Positions 1 to 4,715 of a stretch of DNA of 4,715 nt are shown here, piece by piece. The DNA lies in IMG/VR virus record IMGVR_UViG_2667527792_000004; one strand, written 5' to 3'. The notes beneath the pieces are model-generated. The model ran no database searches, was not told where the DNA came from, and was given only the letters and a program-made list of their open reading frames with translations. The translations under genes and the position numbers were made by a program. Numbering within the stretch: the stretch's first letter is position 1; each line of letters starts with the position of its first letter. This DNA is from a virus (lineage: Duplodnaviria > Heunggongvirae > Uroviricota > Caudoviricetes).

Positions 1-425
1 AATTAGACCAGCAATATCTAAAAGATCTACTTATCGCATTCGAAAAAACTCATGGCCCTGACACGATGCTTAGTGAACTAGAGGATAATGGCTTTAATAG
101 ATATGACCAAAATTTTATTTTCCATATGCGATTATTATGCGACTACGAATTAATAGTCAGGGTTGATGGAAAACCTGGGTTCGGTCATATAATGTCCAAC
201 GAGTTAGGGGAAGGTGTTGGATATAGTTGGATCGAAGTACCACTGAGGTTGACAGCAAGAGGGCATGATTTTATTGCTGACTTGCGTCAAAAGGAGGTCT
301 GGCAAACTATAAAAACAAACTTTAAGGATGAGGGAATTAGTACACTAATAAGTGTTTCAAAATCACTAGCAAAAGGCTTTGCAAGGAAAAAGATAAAAGA
401 TATTACAGGAATAGATATTGAATAA
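1..425 (+). CDS. 5'-partial hypothetical phage accessory protein (ea-region moron; tentatively resembles DUF2513-type small phage proteins)
   Basis: The frame is open from base 3 to TAA 423-425 (141 codons). There is no in-frame start before ATG 66 and no Shine-Dalgarno in front of ATG 66, so the true start is probably just upstream of the window. The segment is visibly AT-rich compared with the rest of the window. It sits where ea8.5 lies in phage lambda. The family assignment is from memory of motif spacing only. Confidence 0.55.
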   Translation, partial: LDQQYLKDLLIAFEKTHGPDTMLSELEDNGFNRYDQNFIFHMRLLCDYELIVRVDGKPGFGHIMSNELGEGVGYSWIEVPLRLTARGHDFIADLRQKEVWQTIKTNFKDEGISTLISVSKSLAKGFARKKIKDITGIDIE

Positions 426-469
426 TTCTTAGCATCAGCAACTACTGCCTTTGGTGGAAATTATATCTG

Positions 470-496
470 AACTCGCTACGGCGAGTTTTGTTTTAT
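470..496 (+). terminator. Putative intrinsic terminator hairpin (AACTCGC-TACG-GCGAGTT) followed by a T-rich tract
   Basis: Perfect 7-bp inverted repeat at 470-476 and 481-487 with a 4-nt loop, then TTGTTTTAT. Lies between the accessory ORF and the 55-aa ORF. Confidence 0.4.
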
Positions 497-507
497 GGAG
501 ATGATAA

Positions 508-675
508 ATGCACTTCCGAGTCACAGGTGAATGGAATGGAGAACCATTCAACAGAGTTATCGAAGCAGAGAACATCAATGACTGCTATGACCACTGGATG
601 ATATGGGCCCAGATAGCACATGCAGACATAACCAATATTCGAATTGAAGAACTGAAAGAACACCAAGCCGCCTGA
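508..675 (+). CDS. Small hypothetical protein, 55 aa, matching the lambda ORF between ea8.5 and xis (orf55 / lambdap35-like)
   Basis: ATG 508 is preceded by GGAG at 497-500 (7-nt spacing). Translation is MHFRVTGEWNGEPFNRVIEAENINDCYDHWMIWAQIAHADITNIRIEELKEHQAA, near-identical to my recollection of the lambda ORF at this position. It is below the 60-aa cutoff of the supplied ORF track. Confidence 0.7.
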   Translation: MHFRVTGEWNGEPFNRVIEAENINDCYDHWMIWAQIAHADITNIRIEELKEHQAA

Positions 676-690
676 TGGCGGTTTTTTCTT
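666..690 (+). terminator. Putative intrinsic terminator (GCCGCC-TGAT-GGCGG stem-loop plus T6 run); the stop codon of the 55-aa ORF lies in the loop
   Basis: Inverted repeat 667-672 / 677-681 followed by TTTTTT at 682-687. Confidence 0.45.
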
Positions 691-702
691 GCGTGTAATT
701 GC
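689..702 (+). promoter_or_regulatory. cII-type activator site TTGC-N6-TTGC of the int promoter pI (-35 region)
   Basis: TTGCGTGTAATTGC has direct TTGC repeats 6 nt apart, the arrangement of cII sites at lambda pRE, pI and paQ. Its position puts the transcription start inside the first codons of xis, as known for pI. Confidence 0.55.
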
Positions 703-714
703 GGAGACTTTGCG

Positions 715-933
715 ATGTACTTGACACTTCAGGAGTGGAACGCTCGCCAGCGACGCCCAAGAAGCCTTGAAACAGTTCGTCGATGGGTGCGCGAATGCAG
801 GATATTCCCTCCTCCGGTTAAGGATGGAAGAGAATATCTGTTCCACGAATCAGCGGTAAAGGTTGACTTAAATCGACCAGTAACAGGTAGCCTTTTGAAG
901 AGGATCAGAAATGGGAAGAAGGCGAAGTCATGA
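715..933 (+). CDS. xis: Excisionase Xis (lambda-type), 72 aa
   Basis: Full-length ORF whose translation (MYLTLQEWNARQRRPRSLETVRRWVRECRIFPPPVKDGREYLFHESAVKVDLNRPVTGSLLKRIRNGKKAKS) matches lambda Xis as I recall it. GGAG lies 8 nt upstream. Its 3' end overlaps int by 23 bp, as in lambda. Confidence 0.95.
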   Translation: MYLTLQEWNARQRRPRSLETVRRWVRECRIFPPPVKDGREYLFHESAVKVDLNRPVTGSLLKRIRNGKKAKS

Positions 934-1981
934 GCGCCGGGATTTACCCCCTAACCTTTATATAAGAAACAATGGATATTACTGCTACAGGGACCCAAGG
1001 ACGGGTAAAGAGTTTGGATTAGGCCGAGACAGGCGAATCGCAATCACTGAAGCTATACAGGCCAACATTGAGTTATTTTCAGGACACAAACACAAGCCTC
1101 TGACAGCGAGAATCAACAGTGATAATTCCGTTACGTTACATTCATGGCTTGATCGCTACGAAAAAATCCTGGCCAGCAGAGGAATCAAGCAGAAGACACT
1201 CATAAATTACATGAGCAAAATTAAAGCAATAAGGAGGGGTCTGCCTGATGCTCCACTTGAAGACATCACCACAAAAGAAATTGCGGCAATGCTCAATGGA
1301 TACATAGACGAGGGAAAGGCGGCATCAGCCAAGTTAATCAGATCAACACTGAGCGATGCATTCCGAGAGGCTATGGCTGAAGGCCATATAACAACAAACC
1401 CGGTCGCAGCCACTCGCGCTGCAAAATCAGAGGTAAGGAGATCAAGACTTACGGCTGACGAATACCTGAAAATTTATCAAGCAGCAGAATCATCACCATG
1501 TTGGCTTAGACTTGCAATGGAACTGGCTGTTGTTACCGGGCAGCGAGTTGGTGATTTATGCGAAATGAAGTGGTCTGATATCGTAGATGGATATCTTTAT
1601 GTCGAGCAAAGCAAAACAGGCGTAAAAATTGCCATCCCAACAACATTGCATGTTGATGCTCTCGGGATATCAATGAAGGAAACACTTGATAAATGCAAAA
1701 AGATTCTTGGCGGAGAAACCATAATTGCATCTACTCGTCGTGAACCGCTTTCATCCGGCACAGTATCAAGGTATTTTATGCGCGCACGAAAAGCATCAGG
1801 TCTCTCCTTCGAAGGGGATCCGCCAACCTTTCACGAGTTGCGCAGTTTGTCTGCAAGACTCTATGAGAAGCAGATAAGCGATAAATTTGCTCAACATCTT
1901 CTCGGGCATAAGTCGGACACCATGGCATCACAGTATCGTGATGACAGAGGCAGGGAGTGGGACAAAATTGAAATCAAATAA
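911..1981 (+). CDS. int: Tyrosine site-specific integrase Int (lambda-type), 356 aa
   Basis: The 356-aa translation begins MGRRRSHERRDLPPNLYIRNNGYYCYRDPRTGKEFGLGRDRRIAITEAIQ and ends HLLGHKSDTMASQYRDDRGREWDKIEIK, matching lambda Int apart from a few substitutions. It contains the BamHI site (GGATCC 1816-1821) characteristic of lambda int. Confidence 0.97.
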   Translation: MGRRRSHERRDLPPNLYIRNNGYYCYRDPRTGKEFGLGRDRRIAITEAIQANIELFSGHKHKPLTARINSDNSVTLHSWLDRYEKILASRGIKQKTLINYMSKIKAIRRGLPDAPLEDITTKEIAAMLNGYIDEGKAASAKLIRSTLSDAFREAMAEGHITTNPVAATRAAKSEVRRSRLTADEYLKIYQAAESSPCWLRLAMELAVVTGQRVGDLCEMKWSDIVDGYLYVEQSKTGVKIAIPTTLHVDALGISMKETLDKCKKILGGETIIASTRREPLSSGTVSRYFMRARKASGLSFEGDPPTFHELRSLSARLYEKQISDKFAQHLLGHKSDTMASQYRDDRGREWDKIEIK

Positions 1982-2009
1982 TGATTTTATTTTGACTGAT
2001 AGTGACCTG
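1978..2009 (+). other. Int arm-type binding sites P'3, P'2, P'1 of the P' arm
   Basis: ATAATGATTTT (1978-1988), ATTTTGACTGA (1989-1999) and ATAGTGACCTG (1999-2009) are reverse complements of the arm-type consensus C/AAGTCACTAT. P'3 overlaps the int stop codon. Confidence 0.7.
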
Positions 2010-2016
2010 TTCGTTG

Positions 2017-2030
2017 CAACAAATTGATAA
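2017..2030 (+). other. IHF binding site H' of attL
   Basis: CAACAAATTGATAA fits the reverse complement of the IHF consensus WATCAANNNNTTR (YAANNNNTTGATW). Confidence 0.55.
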
Positions 2031-2035
2031 GCAAT

Positions 2036-2069
2036 GCTTTTTTATAATGCCAACTTAGTATAAAAAAGC
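2036..2069 (+). repeat. Perfect 11-bp inverted repeat (GCTTTTTTATA ... TATAAAAAAGC) spanning the inner P' arm and the core
   Basis: Seen directly: 2036-2046 and 2059-2069 are reverse complements separated by 12 nt. It is an intrinsic feature of lambda att DNA. Confidence 0.8.
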
Positions 2070-2115
2070 AGGCTTCAACGGATTCATTTTTCTATTTCAT
2101 AGCCCGGAGCAACCT

Positions 2116-2140
2116 GTGAACACATTTTCAGTTTCCCGTC
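2116..2140 (+). pseudogene. ybhC: 5' remnant of ybhC (first ~8 codons with its RBS), the host gene flanking att-lambda on the gal side
   Basis: GGAG at 2106-2109 then GTG 2116. Translation VNTFSVSR matches the N-terminus I recall for YbhC (MNTFSVSRLALALAF...). The frame then diverges and stops at TGA 2161-2163. Confidence 0.4.
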
Positions 2141-2384
2141 AGCAACAGCGGCCCCAGGTCTGAAACCGTCGCCCGTACCGAATGGCCTTTCTCGCCAAAG
2201 ATATCCCACACCACCACCGGATTAGCATGCGGTTGCCAGTCATTTACGCCGATATTTTTAAGCCTTGCGAGCAGTTTTTCCCCCTGGTTAAATACGCCAG
2301 AAGTCTTGCTGATTACGCTCGATGGCAGCGAAGTTCCCGACGTGCTGGCGGATTATTTGCGCCGCTTTCAGCCTGATTGGGTGG

Positions 2385-2522
2385 ATAGCCGAGTTGCAGA
2401 GTATGCAGCGTTCCTTGCAACGCCTTAACGATGCCTGTTGTGGGACCGCCCATAGCAGTGTTTATTGTTCGATTCTTGAAGCTCTTGAACAAGGGGCGAG
2501 TGGCGTTAAGAGTGGCTGTTGA
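2385..2522 (+). pseudogene. zntR: 3' fragment of zntR (MerR-family Zn-responsive regulator), last ~45 codons only
   Basis: Translation IAELQSMQRSLQRLNDACCGTAHSSVYCSILEALEQGASGVKSGC matches ZntR residues ~97-141, including the metal ligands C114, C115, H119 and C124. There is no start and no HTH domain, and the upstream sequence in this frame is unrelated with stops at 2289 and 2310. Confidence 0.7.
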
Positions 2523-2577
2523 TTTTTTGCACTGGCAGGATTACACTCGCGCCGTAAAATAACCAATTGGAGTTTTT

Positions 2578-2796
2578 ATGAGCCGATATCAGCATACTAA
2601 AGGGCAGATAAAGGATAATGCGATAGAAGCATTACTACATGATCCCTTATTCCGACAGCGCGTAGAGAAAAATAAGAAGGGGAAAGGCAGTTACATGCGA
2701 AAAGGAAAACATGGCAATCGGGGGAACTGGGAGGCCAGTGGCAAGAAAGTAAATCACTTTTTTACCACTGGTCTTCTGCTTTCAGGCGCTTGTTAA
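2578..2796 (+). CDS. arfA: Alternative ribosome-rescue factor A (ArfA / YhdL), 72 aa, intact
   Basis: Translation [72 protein letters not shown] matches E. coli ArfA as I recall it. GGAG at 2569-2572 lies 5 nt upstream of the ATG. It is directly downstream of zntR on the same strand, as in K-12. Confidence 0.85.
2733..2773 (+). promoter_or_regulatory. Stem-loop inside the arfA 3' coding region (candidate RNase III processing hairpin)
   Basis: CCAGTGG at 2735-2741 pairs with CCACTGG at 2765-2771, with further imperfect pairing inside. arfA mRNA is known to be cleaved by RNase III in a 3' hairpin to give a non-stop mRNA regulated by tmRNA. Confidence 0.5.
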
Positions 2797-2808
2797 GAGC
2801 GGTTATGC

Positions 2809-3087
2809 ATGATCGGCGACCCGACTGGCGCCCTGACCCGTAACTTCGACAACATGCGTGAAGATGAAGGTCTGGCTGATCGTGCGACCTTCGTTGTTGA
2901 CCCGCAGGGTATCATCCAGGCAATCGAAGTTACCGCTGAAGGCATTGGCCGTGACGCGTCTGACCTGCTGCGTAAAATCAAAGCAGCACAGTACGTAGCT
3001 TCTCACCCAGGTGAAGTTTGCCCGGCTAAATGGAAAGAAGGTGAAGCAACTCTGGCTCCGTCTCTGGACCTGGTTGGTAAAATCTAA
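2809..3087 (+). pseudogene. ahpC: C-terminal half of AhpC (alkyl hydroperoxide reductase, peroxiredoxin subunit), 5'-truncated
   Basis: Translation [92 protein letters not shown] matches AhpC residues ~96-187. The resolving Cys in VCPAKW is present, but the N-terminal peroxidatic Cys region is absent. The M at 2809 is an internal Met of AhpC. Confidence 0.85.
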
Positions 3088-3106
3088 GTTCCGCAATCGC
3101 GTAATT

Positions 3107-3136
3107 AATCGGGTGCTGCGGCACCCGATTTTCTTC
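3107..3136 (+). terminator. Intrinsic terminator/attenuator between ahpC and ahpF
   Basis: 10-bp stem AATCGGGTGC / GCACCCGATT (3107-3116 / 3121-3130) with loop TGCG, followed by a T-rich run. It lies 20 nt after the ahpC stop. Confidence 0.6.
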
Positions 3137-3215
3137 CCCGCACCATGATGCAAGCTGCATCCAGGTAGCCGCAGAGGCCGCTTGCATGATGATGTTTAAA
3201 GCCCAGGAGATAAAC

Positions 3216-4199
3216 ATGCTCGACACAAATATGAAAACTCAACTCAAGGCTTACCTTGAGAAATTGACCAAGCCTGTTGAGTTAATTGCCACGCTGGATG
3301 ACAGCGCTAAATCGGCAGAAATCAAGGAACTGTTGGCTGAAATCGCAGAACTGTCAGACAAAGTCACCTTTAAAGAAGATAACAGCTTGCCGGTGCGTAA
3401 GCCGTCTTTCCTGATCACCAACCCAGGTTCCAACCAGGGGCCACGTTTTGCAGGCTCCCCGCTGGGCCACGAGTTCACCTCGCTGGTACTGGCGTTGCTG
3501 TGGACCGGTGGTCATCCGTCGAAAGAAGCGCAGTCTCTGCTGGAGCAGATTCGCCATATTGACGGTGATTTTGAATTCGAAACCTATTACTCGCTCTCTT
3601 GCCACAACTGCCCGGACGTGGTGCAGGCGCTGAACCTGATGAGCGTACTGAACCCGCGCATCAAGCACACTGCAATTGACGGCGGCACCTTCCAGAACGA
3701 AATCACCGATCGCAACGTGATGGGCGTTCCGGCAGTGTTCGTAAACGGGAAAGAGTTTGGTCAGGGCCGCATGACGTTGACTGAAATCGTTGCCAAAATT
3801 GATACTGGCGCGGAAAAACGTGCGGCAGAAGAGCTGAACAAGCGTGATGCTTATGACGTATTAATCGTCGGTTCCGGCCCGGCGGGTGCAGCGGCAGCAA
3901 TTTACTCCGCACGTAAAGGCATCCGTACCGGTCTGATGGGCGAACGTTTTGGTGGTCAGATCCTCGATACCGTTGATATCGAAAACTACATTTCTGTACC
4001 GAAGACTGAAGGGCAGAAGCTGGCAGGCGCACTGAAAGTTCACGTTGATGAATACGACGTTGATGTGATCGACAGCCAGAGCGCCAGCAAACTGATCCCG
4101 GCAGCGGTTGACCAGCACGTTTTCCGCAGCTGTGGGTCAAAGAGGCATGATGCGACGCTTGTTCCTGCGCTTTGTTCATGCCGGATACGGCTAATGTAG
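3216..4199 (+). pseudogene. ahpF: ahpF (alkyl hydroperoxide reductase subunit F), 3'-truncated: homology covers about the first 298 codons, then unrelated sequence to a stop
   Basis: AGGAGA at 3205-3210 then ATG 3216. Translation [29 protein letters not shown] ... [17 protein letters not shown] ... [12 protein letters not shown] matches the AhpF N-terminal domain and the start of the FAD domain. After ~4110 it reads [29 protein letters not shown]-stop instead of the AhpF sequence EGGLHQIETASG... Confidence 0.85.
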
Positions 4200-4212
4200 A
4201 TCGCTGAACTTG

Positions 4213-4240
4213 TAGGCCTGATAAGCGCAGCGTATCAGGC
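4213..4240 (+). repeat. REP-like palindromic element (GTAGGCCTGATA ... TATCAGGC)
   Basis: GCCTGATA at 4216-4223 and TATCAGGC at 4233-4240 are reverse complements around a 9-nt centre, preceded by GTAG. Another REP-like motif (GATGCGACGCTT) lies about 60 bp upstream. Confidence 0.5.
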
Positions 4241-4271
4241 AATTTTTATAATTTAAACTGACGATTCAACT

Positions 4272-4430
4272 TTATAATCTTTGAAAAATATCGCCAGAGA
4301 CGAACGGGAAACTGATACACAGCAACCCGACGATAAACAACAGCACGGCAATAAACTGGATTGCTCTGCGATGTTTTTTAAGCATCTCCAGATCAAACTT
4401 CAAAATTGTTGCCTTATCTATATATAACAT
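4272..4430 (-). CDS. Hypothetical small hydrophobic protein, 52 aa (single predicted TM helix)
   Basis: Minus-strand ORF giving MLYIDKATILKFDLEMLKKHRRAIQFIAVLLFIVGLLCISFPFVSGDIFQRL. GGTGG lies 4 nt upstream of the ATG. It has a charged N-terminal part followed by a ~22-residue hydrophobic stretch. It is absent from the ORF track because it is under 60 aa, and I do not recognise it. Confidence 0.3.
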   Translation of the reverse strand: MLYIDKATILKFDLEMLKKHRRAIQFIAVLLFIVGLLCISFPFVSGDIFQRL

Positions 4431-4469
4431 AGAACCACCCTATAAAATTAAGAAGAAAATCCCCTGCTA

Positions 4470-4715
4470 TCAATCTATGCCAAAAACGCGTCTAAGAATG
4501 CAGTCGGAGGGCCATTCCGGCAGTACGCTCAGAATATGGCGCAGATACGCTTCCGGATCGATACCGTTCAGACGGCAGGTGCCGATCAGCCCGTACAGCA
4601 GTGCTCCACGCTCGCCGCCGTGATCGCTACCGAAGAACACGTAATTTTTCTTTCCGAGACAGACTGCACGAAGCGCTCTTTCCGCTGTGTTATTGTCCAC
4701 CTCCGCCAGACCGTC
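4470..4715 (-). CDS. IS66-family transposase (TnpC-like), C-terminal 81 codons; the 5' part lies beyond the window end
   Basis: Minus-strand translation ...DGLAEVDNNTAERALRAVCLGKKNYVFFGSDHGGERGALLYGLIGTCRLNGIDPEAYLRHILSVLPEWP... carries the conserved IS66 transposase C-terminal signature (DNN-AER-LR ... GRKN-F-GS ... LNG-DPEAYL). The frame is open to the window edge. The M at 4700 in the ORF track is a GTG within the protein. Confidence 0.7.
   Translation of the reverse strand, partial: DGLAEVDNNTAERALRAVCLGKKNYVFFGSDHGGERGALLYGLIGTCRLNGIDPEAYLRHILSVLPEWPSDCILRRVFGID
4470..4715 (-). mobile_element. 3' portion of an IS66-family insertion sequence; element boundary not identified
   Basis: Transposase fragment as above. 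No GTAAGCG-type terminal inverted repeat is visible between 4200 and 4470. Confidence 0.5.

Larger units (their letters stand above)
1..2069 (+). mobile_element. Left end of a lambda-family prophage (accessory ORF, orf55, xis, int, attL); the rest of the prophage lies upstream of the window
   Basis: Gene content and order, plus the att core, as described in the individual features. Confidence 0.85.
1982..2080 (+). other. attL: attL (P' arm - 15-bp common core - B arm) of a lambda-type prophage at the chromosomal att-lambda site
   Basis: The core TTAGTATAAAAAAGC at 2055-2069 is the reverse complement of GCTTTTTTATACTAA. It is flanked on the phage side by the P' arm and on the other side by AGGCTTCA, the reverse complement of the attB B-arm TGAAGCCTGC. 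Confidence 0.85.

Noticed and set aside
493-846. Minus-strand ORFs of 117 aa and 61 aa (575-760) overlapping orf55 and xis
   Set aside because: They are antisense to two well-supported phage genes, have no RBS, and their sequences look low-complexity; treated as frame-shadow ORFs.
1207-1730. Minus-strand ORFs (68 and 65 aa) inside int
   Set aside because: Antisense to a full-length, well-conserved integrase gene; no independent support.
1982-2300. Looked for the sib / tI retroregulation hairpin downstream of int
   Set aside because: In lambda sib lies on the far side of attP, so it is separated from int in a prophage. Its absence here is expected, not a deletion.
2182-2376. Plus-strand 64-aa ORF in the unassigned fragment
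   Set aside because: The fragment is open in three frames, so an ORF here is not informative. There is no convincing RBS, and it ends at a junction.
2322-2522. 66-aa ORF as listed in the track ([21 protein letters not shown]...)
   Set aside because: Only the last 45 residues match ZntR. The ATG at 2322 and the first ~20 residues come from unrelated upstream sequence, so this is a truncated gene fragment, not a new protein.
2794-3087. Possible ArfA-AhpC translational fusion
   Set aside because: The arfA TAA stop is intact and the shared frame has a one-in-three chance of arising by coincidence; there is no sequence evidence for readthrough.
3186-3215. Upstream in-frame start for ahpF ([10 protein letters not shown]...) suggested by the ORF track
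   Set aside because: ATG 3216 has a properly spaced AGGAGA and gives the known AhpF N-terminus MLDTNMK; the 3186 start would begin inside the RBS region.
2793-3226. Minus-strand ORFs (62, 116, 66 aa) over ahpC and the ahpC-ahpF spacer
   Set aside because: Antisense to the ahpC coding sequence and its terminator; the GC-rich coding region gives long open antisense frames.
3251-4242. Several minus-strand and alternative-frame ORFs inside ahpF (75, 104, 61, 179, 85 aa)
   Set aside because: All overlap the clearly identified ahpF reading frame and have no start context of their own.
1-4715. CRISPR arrays, tRNA or rRNA genes, and a defence operon such as a restriction-modification, toxin-antitoxin or abortive-infection pair
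   Set aside because: There are no direct-repeat/spacer arrays and no tRNA-like cloverleaf or rRNA sequence. Lambda-type integration is not into a tRNA. The only unassigned genes are two isolated small ORFs with no partner gene in the window.

Overview
The left half of this window (1-2069) is the left end of a lambda-family prophage, read in the pL-transcript direction on the + strand. It carries a 5'-partial AT-rich accessory ORF, a 55-aa ORF, xis, int and a canonical attL, followed by what looks like the first 8 codons of the host gene ybhC. From about 2141 onward the sequence is a patchwork of E. coli chromosomal pieces that are not neighbours on the K-12 map: an unassigned 244-bp piece, the last 45 codons of zntR plus an intact arfA, the C-terminal half of ahpC with its terminator and the 5' ~57% of ahpF, a REP-rich spacer with a small hydrophobic ORF, and the 3' end of an IS66-family transposase that runs off the window. 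There is no CRISPR array, tRNA or rRNA. I do not see a coherent novel multi-gene system. The items most worth a second look are the unassigned accessory ORF in the phage ea-region and the four abrupt junctions, which may reflect an assembly chimera, an engineered construct or a real rearrangement. All identifications come from reading the sequence and recalling protein sequences; no searches were run, so junction coordinates are approximate (+/- a few bp).
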